32,231 nt of DNA from a virus (taxonomy: Duplodnaviria > Caudoviricetes): IMG/VR virus record IMGVR_UViG_3300020044_004975, positions 1-32,231 of that record; one strand, written 5' to 3'. Below the pieces are notes generated by a model, which saw only the letters and a list, made by a program, of their open reading frames with translations, did not search any database and had not been told where the DNA came from. Below are positions 1 through 8,450 of the stretch, piece after piece (position 1 is the first letter of the stretch; each line of letters opens with the position of its first letter). Position numbers and translations under genes: made by a program.

Positions 1-438
1 GGTGTTGATGTTGGTTCGGGGTACACCGATGTAGTCCCCGGTTCTGAACTTGGTAGCCAAGGCAATTTTAGGTTTTCTACCCCTGAAGTTGCCCCCGAAG
101 AATCAGGCGGCATGGGCGGTGCTGGCCTCGCCGCCGCTGGCGCTGGCGGTGCTGGTGCGGCTGCTTACTACGCAAAGGTAAAAAGAGAAGCCCGACTAGC
201 GGATGAACGTGCAAAACGGGTAGCTGAAACCAAACGAGGCATCCTCAAAGACCGTGCGCAAGTAGAGGTTGACGAAGACCGCGATGCCAGAGCCCGTGCG
301 CAAAACGAAGCTGACCGTGCTGCTAAAGCCCAAGCCCAAGCTGACGCTGAAGCAAAAAGCCGCGCAATCCAAGCGGAAATTGATGCATTGACAGTTGTTA
401 CAAACAATCATCAAACCCTTATTTGGTTGGATATGTAA
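1..438 (+). CDS. Partial, probably chimeric ORF (Ala/Gly-rich, then coiled-coil)
   Basis: Frame is open from base 1. GC-rich until ~390, then AT-richer, ending VVTNNHQTLIWLDM. Composition and strand differ from the phage core. Confidence 0.4.
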   Translation, partial: GVDVGSGYTDVVPGSELGSQGNFRFSTPEVAPEESGGMGGAGLAAAGAGGAGAAAYYAKVKREARLADERAKRVAETKRGILKDRAQVEVDEDRDARARAQNEADRAAKAQAQADAEAKSRAIQAEIDALTVVTNNHQTLIWLDM

Positions 439-1619
439 TGGCATATCAAGTAATTACTCCAGTCCAAATTGGTCAGACGGCTATGACTACTAGGTACTCT
501 ACTGTCTATACAGTTCCTGCCAACACAAGGACATACTTAAAGCAGATGGACATTTGCAATACAAGTGCATCCCCCATCAACATTTATGTATCGATTGTGC
601 CTAGTTCAGGTACGGCAGATACAACAAACTCTCTTTACTATGCCACTCAGTTGACTGGTAATACAACTCTTTCTTGGTCGGGTACACAGATTATGAACAC
701 TTCTAGTACCCTTCAAGTCAAGGCATCGGCAACGGGTGTAACAATAACTGAATCTCCTTATGAAATAGGTGCAGATAATAAAGGAGAACTTACTCCTAAT
801 GTTTTAGAATTTAGTACAGAAGTCAATTATGCAGCGGGTTTAGTTCCTGTACCATTTATTGATTATATATATGCTAATAGAAATTATGTTGTAAGAGGTG
901 TACCCGGAGATTCAGTACTTTATAATAGTATTACTTATTATCCTGGTGATTCATTTGTGGGTGTTTCTGGAGTTGTGTTTTTTACAAGAACAGGTACTGC
1001 ACGTGTTAAAGGATGTATAAGAATTAAAAATTATGACAAATTTAGTGGTGGTTCATCTTATAAAATAATTGATTTATTAGATGAATTTTGGGACTATCGT
1101 TCTATGGCATCGCATTGTTATTTAAAAGGATATTGGAGAGAAGAAACATATCGATTTGGTATTGTTGCTTGGGACAAATTTGGTAATCCTTATGCGGTAA
1201 GGTGGATTGGAGATAAAACAATAGCATCTCAATCACATAGTTCCGGAGATTACAAATTGTTAAAAGGATATGCAGGTTATGCACCATTAGGTGGCGATGA
1301 TTATTATAATTTAATTGCAATGGGATTGTCATTTGACAATATTGATATTACAGATATTGCTGATAAAATATCAGGTATTAGTATTGTTAGAGTAGAAAGA
1401 GACAAAACGGTATTAGCACAAGCATTATTATTACAATGTGTACATAGAGAACAAGGTACTGTAAGTGCTCCAGTAAGTACTTGTCAACCAGTTTACGATT
1501 GGTGGGTTTCACAAGCTACTGATGAAAATACTGCTGAAACTAACGGTATTCTTGAACATTCTTTGGAACAACAAGCTAGAAATGGTGCTATTGCTGAGGC
1601 ACAACTAGAATCAACTTAA
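438..1619 (+). CDS. Composite virion-structural-like ORF, probably chimeric
   Basis: Likely start MAYQVITP at 438. Thr/Ser-rich beta segment to ~748, then an abruptly different segment with ETYRFGIVAWDKFGNPYAVRWIGD (recalled resemblance to crAss-like tail proteins), then an acidic helical tail from ~1515. Confidence 0.4.
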   Translation: MAYQVITPVQIGQTAMTTRYSTVYTVPANTRTYLKQMDICNTSASPINIYVSIVPSSGTADTTNSLYYATQLTGNTTLSWSGTQIMNTSSTLQVKASATGVTITESPYEIGADNKGELTPNVLEFSTEVNYAAGLVPVPFIDYIYANRNYVVRGVPGDSVLYNSITYYPGDSFVGVSGVVFFTRTGTARVKGCIRIKNYDKFSGGSSYKIIDLLDEFWDYRSMASHCYLKGYWREETYRFGIVAWDKFGNPYAVRWIGDKTIASQSHSSGDYKLLKGYAGYAPLGGDDYYNLIAMGLSFDNIDITDIADKISGISIVRVERDKTVLAQALLLQCVHREQGTVSAPVSTCQPVYDWWVSQATDENTAETNGILEHSLEQQARNGAIAEAQLEST

Positions 1620-1722
1620 TAGCAAAATCTTGTCTATTTATTAATTTAGATTGTGGTTTTTCTTCTTTTCGGTTTTTATTGATAAATAAAACCCCTGTGT
1701 TAGTGTTATCGTACTGATTCAT
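1588..1722 (-). pseudogene. Truncated N-terminus of a DUF736/SSB-like phage protein
   Basis: Hand translation MNQYDNTNTGVLFINKNRKEEK matches the recalled N-x-G-x-L-F-x-N start of this family. The expected PDY motif is missing and the frame runs into the foreign flank at ~1655. Confidence 0.5.
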
Positions 1723-1725
1723 TTT

Positions 1726-1839
1726 TTAATGTATTAAATTGTTTATAATTGATTGCCATTCGTTACTGAGTTCTTTACTGCTGAAGAGAATTCCTGCGAA
1801 TCCTACTCCTGCTAGAAAGTACATTATCTTACTTTTCAT
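1726..1839 (-). CDS. Small hydrophobic protein (37 aa)
   Basis: Hand translation MKSKIMYFLAGVGFAGILFSSKELSNEWQSIINNLIH; tiles between its neighbours. Confidence 0.55.
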   Translation of the reverse strand: MKSKIMYFLAGVGFAGILFSSKELSNEWQSIINNLIH

Positions 1840-2017
1840 ACTGCTCTCTTAATCGTTCTAGGTATAATACAAAATCCATAGCTTCCTCCTGAGCGTGATT
1901 AATCCATTCTAAGGTTGTTAAATCATTTCTCTCTAGGTTTGTTCCGTACTTCTTTATTCCTGATTCAGAACGTTCTGCGAATTTATTCATTACCTGTATT
2001 ACTATTCTATCTACCAT
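1829..2017 (-). CDS. Small phage protein, possible all-alpha NTP pyrophosphohydrolase-like fold
   Basis: G-x-x-KYG and EWINHAQEEAMD (EExxD) motifs. Confidence 0.55.
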   Translation of the reverse strand: MVDRIVIQVMNKFAERSESGIKKYGTNLERNDLTTLEWINHAQEEAMDFVLYLERLREQYEK

Positions 2018-2091
2018 CTTATTTTATTTATTGAGTTTAACAAAAAGTACATAAAAATGCATCCCCATATAAATCCTGCAATATATACCAT
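2011..2091 (-). CDS. Small membrane peptide (26 aa)
   Basis: Hand translation MVYIAGFIWGCIFMYFLLNSINKIRW; fills the gap between two genes. Confidence 0.5.
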   Translation of the reverse strand: MVYIAGFIWGCIFMYFLLNSINKIRW

Positions 2092-2092
2092 C

Positions 2093-2791
2093 TTATTCTA
2101 CATTAAATTTTTTGAATAGTGAATTATAGTACTCTCTGCATTCTAGTACTCGTTCCTTGATCTTTTCGATTATAGCATCATTTCGCTCTATCTTAAAAGC
2201 TTTTACTCTTTGGTGCTTAGGAAATCTATCAAAGTTATGTTTAGCTCTTATGAATTCTTCTATCTCTAAATCCTCATCTATTACTCCTTGCTTCCAGTAC
2301 TCAGCTCTTATCTCATCTAGCACCTGCTTTTCAGGAGTATTAATCAAACAATAAGCTAAAGTAGCTACCTGCTTATTTGTAAGCCATAAATAACCTTGAA
2401 GCTGAAAATAGTACTCTTTAGGAATATCCTCATCCTCCATAAAGAAAGGAAAGCTAGTACCTGAGTAACTTACTTTGATATCTGCTAGAATAGAATCCGT
2501 AGATACATCGGTATGCCCTTTGATATAATCATTCTCATATCTCTCCTGACCTCCGTTCTCTATGTAATCGAAATCTAATCCCCATCCTAGTACTTCATTT
2601 GCTAGAGCTATTCCTTCTTTCTCGCATTCCATACCTTTACTAGTATGCTTAGAACTAAAGTCTTTATAGATACCTAGCTCATTTTCCTTAAATACATCCT
2701 CTATAAAGGTTTTACAAGTTTTAGAAAGAACCTCCCCTTTAGTTTTAGGGGAAGTCATTATCTTACCTATTGCACTACATCTTACTTTCAT
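2093..2791 (-). CDS. Lambda-exonuclease/YqaJ-like PD-(D/E)xK exonuclease
   Basis: RCSAIGKIM N-terminus, G-x-x-x-E, GHTD, DIK and YYFQLQGY motifs; adjacent to ERF. Confidence 0.8.
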   Translation of the reverse strand: MKVRCSAIGKIMTSPKTKGEVLSKTCKTFIEDVFKENELGIYKDFSSKHTSKGMECEKEGIALANEVLGWGLDFDYIENGGQERYENDYIKGHTDVSTDSILADIKVSYSGTSFPFFMEDEDIPKEYYFQLQGYLWLTNKQVATLAYCLINTPEKQVLDEIRAEYWKQGVIDEDLEIEEFIRAKHNFDRFPKHQRVKAFKIERNDAIIEKIKERVLECREYYNSLFKKFNVE

Positions 2792-2801
2792 AATAAATAA
2801 T

Positions 2802-2885
2802 TTATTTATTTCTTAGATTACTAATTTGTAATACAATTGCCCAAAGTGGTATAGCAATTATGAGTGAATTTATTACTTGTATCAT
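2802..2885 (-). CDS. Small membrane peptide (27 aa)
   Basis: Hand translation MIQVINSLIIAIPLWAIVLQISNLRNK; ATGA overlap with the ERF stop. Confidence 0.55.
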   Translation of the reverse strand: MIQVINSLIIAIPLWAIVLQISNLRNK

Positions 2886-3460
2886 ACCTGAGATAGTCTA
2901 AAGATTTGTACCTGAGTTAAAGCAAATTTATCTAATAAAAGTTCTTTAGTTACTTTACCTTCTTGCAAAGCAGTAATAGCTGAGTTAAATCTTTCTTCTG
3001 AGAGAGTTTCTTTTTTCTCAGTATCTCTAAGTTCATTTCCATCATTATCTACGGCCTGAAGAGATAATAAACTTTGTAATGTAGCTCTTCTAAAGTAGGT
3101 AACTCCTGCTATTTGCTTCTGAGGATCATTTAAGATAGGTAGTAGTAATTTACTCTCTACTTTCTCTCCAGTTTCAATATCAATTATCTGAGTTACTACG
3201 CATCCTTCTAGAATAGGTTGTAAGATAATTAAATTGTATTTAAGTAAGATAGGTTCGACTGCATCTAAAATAGCGTTTAAATCAGCGTATTTCGATTTAA
3301 AGAAAGGGTTATCCTTTCCTTTAGTTACTCCTTTAATCTCATGTTTTGCTTTCCATAGCTTGCAGTAAATACCGAATCCTTGCAATACTACCTTTTCTTC
3401 TAGTGCCTGAATTTCGATAAGATTCTCAGTTACTTCTGCTTGTTCTTTCTTTGTTCTCAT
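2882..3460 (-). CDS. erf: ERF-family single-strand annealing protein
   Basis: NPFFKSKYADL, G-x-x-TY-x-RR and D-x-DGN motifs. Confidence 0.85.
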   Translation of the reverse strand: MRTKKEQAEVTENLIEIQALEEKVVLQGFGIYCKLWKAKHEIKGVTKGKDNPFFKSKYADLNAILDAVEPILLKYNLIILQPILEGCVVTQIIDIETGEKVESKLLLPILNDPQKQIAGVTYFRRATLQSLLSLQAVDNDGNELRDTEKKETLSEERFNSAITALQEGKVTKELLLDKFALTQVQIFRLSQV

Positions 3461-3475
3461 TTTTTAGGTTTTAAA

Positions 3476-3490
3476 TTATACGCAAATATA
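3476..3490 (-). promoter_or_regulatory. Early promoter, Bacteroidota -7 box (TATATTTGCGTATAA)
   Basis: TAnnTTTG consensus; the 15-mer recurs at 4477 and 10287, each just upstream of an ATGAGAAC start. Confidence 0.8.
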
Positions 3491-3494
3491 GTAA

Positions 3495-3884
3495 TTAAAA
3501 AGTAATTAATCCCCATAGGATAGATATCTTTCTTCTTTGCTTAGGAGCTTCATTCTCTACAAAAATCATCGTTCTTTGATTATCCATCTTTTTACTCCGT
3601 TGTTTTAATAGCCATTCTTGTTGATCTCTATTAACTGCTTCATAAAAATCATAAACTAGAGCAGAAGTAGGAGGAGATAAGTAATTCCATTTGTATAGTT
3701 TCTTTCTTCCTTTAGTTAATTTTGTAATGATTCCTTCTTTTCGCATTACTATAATAGCTCTATCATTTATTTTTAAAGCTCTAGTAATGTGCTTACAGGT
3801 AAAAGGTTCTTCTTTTACGCAGTATTCGTAAACTAACTCTAGCAGTTCTTTGTACTTAATTAGTACTTCTTCTCTTTTACTCAT
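3495..3884 (-). CDS. Hypothetical protein, possible winged-helix DNA-binding domain
   Basis: ORF track; FTCKHITRALKI...MRKEGII followed by a beta-hairpin-like pattern. Confidence 0.55.
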   Translation of the reverse strand: MSKREEVLIKYKELLELVYEYCVKEEPFTCKHITRALKINDRAIIVMRKEGIITKLTKGRKKLYKWNYLSPPTSALVYDFYEAVNRDQQEWLLKQRSKKMDNQRTMIFVENEAPKQRRKISILWGLITF

Positions 3885-4092
3885 TTGTTATAGGTTTTAT
3901 ATTTATTCCTTTAGTCCAATATCCGTTACTTAAATCCAGTAGTACATTCGATTCTTCATCATGCACCATTTCCCAAGCTATTGTATTTACTTGTACTCCT
4001 GATAGCTTTCCTTTTGAGCATACTTCTATCTTTAGTACTCTCTCTATAGAGTTTTCCCATTTAATTTTTTCTCCTCTCCGTAGAACGCTCAT
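3877..4092 (-). CDS. Hypothetical protein (likely start MSVLRR at 4092)
   Basis: ORF track 3877..4203 trimmed to avoid a long overlap with the upstream gene. Confidence 0.6.
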   Translation of the reverse strand: MSVLRRGEKIKWENSIERVLKIEVCSKGKLSGVQVNTIAWEMVHDEESNVLLDLSNGYWTKGINIKPITNE

Positions 4093-4303
4093 AGTACAGT
4101 ACTTTAAGTTCGTGAATAGTTCGTAAATCTTCGATAGGTAGTTTAGAATAGATAGTGTATAAAGCACTACGAAAGCTAGGAGATTCTCTAGCATAACTTC
4201 CATTCTCTTTAAGTCCTCTCATTCGATAGCCTATTATATCTGCTAGGATAATTTCTCTTAATAGATTCTCTTGTTCTTCCTGTTCTTCTAAATGAAATCT
4301 CAT
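4061..4303 (-). CDS. Hypothetical protein
   Basis: ORF track; ATGA overlap with the upstream ORF. Confidence 0.65.
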   Translation of the reverse strand: MRFHLEEQEEQENLLREIILADIIGYRMRGLKENGSYARESPSFRSALYTIYSKLPIEDLRTIHELKVLYYERSTERRKN

Positions 4304-4467
4304 TTCTCAGGTTTTATAAGTTCTACTTCTTTGATTAAAGGTAGCCATAGATCAGCTCTTTTTTTAGCATCAGCTTCTGATACTGCTTCGATAATTTTGT
4401 AGGCCGTTCTCCAGGTACAATCTGAAGCTTTCGTTTTACATTTGTAAGTTACTTTATACGTTCTCAT
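4300..4467 (-). CDS. Small early protein (55 aa, MRTYKVTY...)
   Basis: Hand translation MRTYKVTYKCKTKASDCTWRTAYKIIEAVSEADAKKRADLWLPLIKEVELIKPEK; directly behind the promoter at 4477. Confidence 0.75.
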   Translation of the reverse strand: MRTYKVTYKCKTKASDCTWRTAYKIIEAVSEADAKKRADLWLPLIKEVELIKPEK

Positions 4468-4476
4468 AGTTTTAAA

Positions 4477-4491
4477 TTATACGCGAATATA
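4477..4491 (-). promoter_or_regulatory. Early promoter variant (TATATTCGCGTATAA)
   Basis: One mismatch to the 15-mers at 3476 and 10287. Confidence 0.7.
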
Positions 4492-4519
4492 AACAAATTT
4501 CATTTAATAATACTTTTTA

Positions 4520-5047
4520 TCAAAAATATTTAATCTTCTCCTTATACTCTCTAATCAATTCTTTCAGCTCTTCTTTATCCCATTTCTTCGTATCGTGGCA
4601 TAAAGTTTCAAGAAAAAAATATCCATCGTTACCTATTTTGTTTATTAAACCATTTCGGTATTCTAATAAATTTCCATGTTTATGCTGGTTACAAGCTACA
4701 CATTGAGCGTGTACGTTGTCCGGATGAAACCGCACCGCAGAATGTCCTCCTGCACTCCAAAAGTGTCCAGCATCGTATTTTGAGCCTAACTTCCCACCGC
4801 AGGAAATACACGAAAGGTCTTTGTCTCGTAGCCTTACCCACTTGTTAAATACTTGTTGAGCCATTTTAAGATAGTCCGAAGTGGTTAGTAAATCTTCTTT
4901 CTGCTTCTTCTTTTTTTCCTTCTTTATCTTATCCAGGTTCTTTAGAGCTAGTTCAGTTTTAGTACATAAGTAGCAGAGCTTATCGAAGGTTCGAAATGGA
5001 GTAAAGATTTCTCCACATTTTTTACATGATTTATCGAAGTTTGTCAT
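4520..5047 (-). CDS. ninG: NinG/Rap recombination endonuclease
   Basis: CxxC N-terminus, FNKWVRLRD, CISCG, DAGHF and RFHPDNVHAQCVACN motifs. Confidence 0.9.
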   Translation of the reverse strand: MTNFDKSCKKCGEIFTPFRTFDKLCYLCTKTELALKNLDKIKKEKKKKQKEDLLTTSDYLKMAQQVFNKWVRLRDKDLSCISCGGKLGSKYDAGHFWSAGGHSAVRFHPDNVHAQCVACNQHKHGNLLEYRNGLINKIGNDGYFFLETLCHDTKKWDKEELKELIREYKEKIKYF

Positions 5048-6198
5048 AAAGGAAGGTTTTTAATAATCTTTTCTAAAACTCTTACTACTATAGAATTTCC
5101 TGCTTGCTTGTAAGCTTGTGAATCTGATACTACTGAGAAATCAAATGTATCAGGAAAGTTCATTAGCCGAAAGCATTCTCTAGGAGTTAATCTTCTTATC
5201 TTAAATCCATCAGTATATAATTGATCCGTATTCCCTCCTCCTCCTGTAGCTGTATCAATAGTATTCGCTTCTTTGTTAATATGCCTACTTACTACTTTTC
5301 CTTTATTATCTCTATTATAAGATATTATTCCTTGTAGTAAACTTAAGTTTATTGAATCTCCTTCTTCTGCTATTTCGTAACCTGATGAAGTAGCTGATTT
5401 AACTTTTAATGTATTATCAGTGGGGCAAATAGCACCATTAGCTCTTAGTGCATTAGCTATATCTTCTTCACTTTTTGGAATAAATATAAATCCTGTTCCT
5501 TTATCTTCATGATTTACATTATGATTTATAAATCCTTTAATCATTTTTTCGCTTAAAAAATACTTTTGATTTACTTCTTCTTCTAGAACATCTTTTAATC
5601 TCTTTGTTAAATGTTCTTCAGCAGGAAATCGAAAGTTATTATCCGAATCATCTCTGATTCCTATGATAAATACTCTTTCTCTATTCTGAGGAACTCCATG
5701 TTCTTTTGCATTAAGAACTTTCCAGTATAAATGATAAGGTACTGAATCCTCATAAGGAAATAAAATAGGCAGTCCATTTACTGATTTTCCTCCTAAAAGA
5801 TTTATCCATTCCTGAAAGGTTTTTCCGTTATCATCTGAGAGTAATCCTTTCACATTTTCGAATATAAAAAATCTAGGTTTGTTCTTTGCGATGAATTCGT
5901 GAGAGTTAAAAAATAGAATTCCTCTTTTATCTTCCTTTCCTAATCTCTTTCCTGCTAAACTAAAAGCCTGGCAAGGAGGAGAAGTCATATATATATCTAA
6001 ACTTTCTTTAGGAATCTCTCTATCGTATACATTGAAAGGATAGTATTTAAGTTCTCCATAGTTATGTATATAAGTTGTTCGTGCGTACTTATCCATATCG
6101 CAAGAGAATATAGTTTCATAATCAATTTTTAATCTTCTTAGTGCCTGATCGAATGCTCCTACTCCTGAAAAGTCGCTACCTACTTTAATTTTTCTCAT
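5044..6198 (-). CDS. DNA cytosine-C5 methyltransferase
   Basis: Motifs I FSGVG, IV PPCQAFS, VI ENV, VIII QNRERVF, IX RRLTPREC and X GNS. Confidence 0.95.
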   Translation of the reverse strand: MRKIKVGSDFSGVGAFDQALRRLKIDYETIFSCDMDKYARTTYIHNYGELKYYPFNVYDREIPKESLDIYMTSPPCQAFSLAGKRLGKEDKRGILFFNSHEFIAKNKPRFFIFENVKGLLSDDNGKTFQEWINLLGGKSVNGLPILFPYEDSVPYHLYWKVLNAKEHGVPQNRERVFIIGIRDDSDNNFRFPAEEHLTKRLKDVLEEEVNQKYFLSEKMIKGFINHNVNHEDKGTGFIFIPKSEEDIANALRANGAICPTDNTLKVKSATSSGYEIAEEGDSINLSLLQGIISYNRDNKGKVVSRHINKEANTIDTATGGGGNTDQLYTDGFKIRRLTPRECFRLMNFPDTFDFSVVSDSQAYKQAGNSIVVRVLEKIIKNLPL

Positions 6199-6467
6199 AA
6201 TAAATCTTTTAGTTCTTTGTTCTCTTTCTTTAATCTTAAATTCTCTTCATGTAAAGAATACATCTTTTTTATTACCTGATTATGCTCCTCTTCTAGCTTG
6301 TGAAATACTATAGTAGCTTCCATAAGTTCCTGAGTTCTTTTCTCCATAGAGCTGATTAAATCAATTCTAGTAGGATGCTTTTCTTTTATTTCATCTATAG
6401 AGTTTATTAGTACTCTCCTGAGCAGTAAAAGTTGGCTATGAGCTAGTATTAAATCTAGTTGTTTCAT
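6195..6467 (-). CDS. Hypothetical coiled-coil protein
   Basis: ORF track; heptad-like C-terminus. Confidence 0.65.
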   Translation of the reverse strand: MKQLDLILAHSQLLLLRRVLINSIDEIKEKHPTRIDLISSMEKRTQELMEATIVFHKLEEEHNQVIKKMYSLHEENLRLKKENKELKDLL

Positions 6468-7348
6468 TAGAAAGGTAAATCATTAGTTTTATTCTTAGTT
6501 CTTTTAATTGCATCTATTCCTCCGATAGTGAAACCTAGTCCCCTATTAAAATCAAATAGTAAAGGCTGCCCTAGTTCGGTTTGTTGCCCTCCAGTATCTC
6601 TATCTTTAATCTTTTCTATATCTATCATAGTTTGATATTTCATAGTAGGATGCTTTACTAGTCTATGGATTACTATCATGTCATCGCATCTATTTAGAAA
6701 AGGCTTTCCACCTTCGATATGAGCTTTAAGAGGAGGCTTCAAATGTCCTACCCATTGGTGGTCTTGTGGATAAAGCATCCCAGTTCTACCTGATTCTGAG
6801 TTAGGATGGGTGCTAATGTAAAGAGTTTTATTCGATTGATTACAAAATTGTCTAGTTTCATTCAGAAACTCGTAGTTATCGCTATGCTGCATTCCTCTAT
6901 CTAATCCAGTAAAAGGATCAATAAAACCTACATCGCAGGGAGTACTCCCAATTATATCTAGCATCTCTTTAGGCTTATAGAGTTTAGAGTTATCTACGAA
7001 TTTAAAATAGTTCTCTATGTACTTTTCTGCGTTCCGTATCTCTGAATAGGTTAAATCTCCAAAGAAACGACCTGAGTACATTTGAATAAAATCTCTCATT
7101 ACTTGACCTGAAGAATTCTCTCCCATCCAAATAGTAAACTTAAGCTCATGATTTGTAGCTAGTGCTAGAAAGTACCACTCCATCCAGTACGATTTACCTA
7201 CGTTATCATGTCCTAGAACGATATTGAGTTGTTTACGTTTGAATCTTAGATAGTCATCTAGTACGTTTCCGATTCCTAAACCTTTAGATATCTTTCCTTC
7301 TTTGTAATCGTTCAAGTATTGTGTGCTATGTCCGTCTTGTAGTATCAT
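6467..7348 (-). CDS. DnaB-like (RecA-fold) replicative helicase
   Basis: Walker A GHDNVGKS, Walker B-like GFIDP, KIKDRDTGG; follows the initiator; ends NDLPF. Confidence 0.8.
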   Translation of the reverse strand: MILQDGHSTQYLNDYKEGKISKGLGIGNVLDDYLRFKRKQLNIVLGHDNVGKSYWMEWYFLALATNHELKFTIWMGENSSGQVMRDFIQMYSGRFFGDLTYSEIRNAEKYIENYFKFVDNSKLYKPKEMLDIIGSTPCDVGFIDPFTGLDRGMQHSDNYEFLNETRQFCNQSNKTLYISTHPNSESGRTGMLYPQDHQWVGHLKPPLKAHIEGGKPFLNRCDDMIVIHRLVKHPTMKYQTMIDIEKIKDRDTGGQQTELGQPLLFDFNRGLGFTIGGIDAIKRTKNKTNDLPF

Positions 7349-8021
7349 TTCTTCTCTGATTTTCTTCCATTTGTCGCATTACGTTTTCTGCATAGAGATC
7401 GTCTACGGATTTATACGTTTTAGGTTTCTCTTTGTAGTTATCCCAAAACAATCCTTGCCATCCGTTACTGATAGATTCATTAATTACAAACTCTATACAT
7501 TCTTCAGTTTTAGTATCTAGAACTTTCTTCAGGTTGTTTATAGAAGCTTCGCTTAATTTCTTCTTTATCTCTTTACGGTAGTTTATCCAGTTGTTTAAGA
7601 GTTTATCTTTATCTTCAGGTAGTTCTATTATGTTCTTTGTTATATGTTTTATTATACTACTAGTGCTTTCACGTTGCTTTGTCGTGTGCTTTATCATCGC
7701 TTTGTCAAGTGCTTTATCAAGTGCTTTATCAAAATTTGATAGAGCTATTATATTTGATGAATATTGATTTTTACTCTTTTCTATCATCTGAATGAAACCA
7801 AATTCTACTAAATCGTTCAAAGTTTTGATATAAGTATTATACGATCTTATTCCTATAGCTTCCTTTGCCATAGTTGTAGGAAGTCCAAATTTCTCTTTCC
7901 ATCCTAATCTATTACAGTGTTCTATAATGAAAAAATAGAGAGCTGAATGATTCGGAGAAATCTTTTCAGGATTTGAAAAACTCCAGTCAAACCAATTCCT
8001 AGATAGTTCGTAACTGTTCAT
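7326..8021 (-). CDS. Replication initiator (lambda O-like organisation)
   Basis: N-terminal wHTH (LNDLVEFGFI), central repeat DKALDKALDKA over DNA iterons, C-terminal W-x-x-YRKE...SISNGWQG; upstream of the helicase. Confidence 0.8.
   Translation of the reverse strand: MNSYELSRNWFDWSFSNPEKISPNHSALYFFIIEHCNRLGWKEKFGLPTTMAKEAIGIRSYNTYIKTLNDLVEFGFIQMIEKSKNQYSSNIIALSNFDKALDKALDKAMIKHTTKQRESTSSIIKHITKNIIELPEDKDKLLNNWINYRKEIKKKLSEASINNLKKVLDTKTEECIEFVINESISNGWQGLFWDNYKEKPKTYKSVDDLYAENVMRQMEENQRRNDTTRRT
7665..7745. repeat. Iteron array, putative replication origin
   Basis: GCTTT(A/G)TC at 7676, 7688, 7699, 7711 and 7723; degenerate copy at 7665; inverted copy at 7735-7745; AT-rich tract at ~7620-7660. 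Confidence 0.75.
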
Positions 8022-8329
8022 AGCTCAGTATCTAAATATTGTTCCATTGTTTTAGCTACTATTCTATAGTTACTCAAAGTATGAATAGTATGCTTATAGT
8101 TCAGGAAATCGTATTGATTAAGCTTATCATAATTTACATTCTGCCAATGAGCTACATTTCTTATTATAGCTCCGTAATCCCATGCTTTCTGAGTTTGAAA
8201 ATGATTATTGATAAACCATTTAATTTGCTTTTCTTTTACTCCTGCTTTTAGTAATCCTTCATAGCAGCAATCAATAAAAAATGCCGAATTTTCGTAATTG
8301 GCAAACGTTTCTTTTAATTTGTCATTCAT
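8018..8329 (-). CDS. Hypothetical protein
   Basis: ORF track; ATGA overlap with the initiator gene. Confidence 0.7.
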   Translation of the reverse strand: MNDKLKETFANYENSAFFIDCCYEGLLKAGVKEKQIKWFINNHFQTQKAWDYGAIIRNVAHWQNVNYDKLNQYDFLNYKHTIHTLSNYRIVAKTMEQYLDTEL

Positions 8330-8344
8330 GACTAAAAAATTTAT

Positions 8345-8440
8345 TTAATAAAAAACCCTACTAATTTTCGCTGCTTCCACCTAGCTACTAATCAATAGGG
8401 CATTAAATCCTTTCAGTTCTATAATGTGGAAGCGAACTTT
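8345..8440 (-). ncRNA. Structured leader RNA: two hairpins with complementary loops and a U-tract
   Basis: Hairpin 1 AGUUC/GAACU with loop GCUUCCAC. Hairpin 2 CCCUAUUGAUU/AAUUAGUAGGG containing GUGGAAGC, followed by UUUUUU. The G-U pairs work only on the minus strand. Confidence 0.65.
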
Positions 8441-8442
8441 GG

Positions 8443-8450
8443 CAAAGTTA
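8443..8450 (-). promoter_or_regulatory. Bacteroidota -7 box (TAACTTTG)
   Basis: TAnnTTTG immediately upstream of the structured leader. Confidence 0.6.

Noticed and set aside
168-1332. Minus-strand ORFs at 168, 196 and 1102
   Set aside because: Shadows of the plus-strand frames, with implausible protein composition.
2733-2753. Inverted repeat TCCCCT...AGGGGA in the exonuclease gene
   Set aside because: Inside coding sequence (SPKTKGE), with no U-tract and a single occurrence.
5044-6198. Restriction-modification system
   Set aside because: The neighbouring nuclease is NinG; the methyltransferase appears to be an orphan.
7665-7745. CRISPR-like array
   Set aside because: The repeats are 11-12 bp with no spacers, which fits iterons; no cas genes are present.
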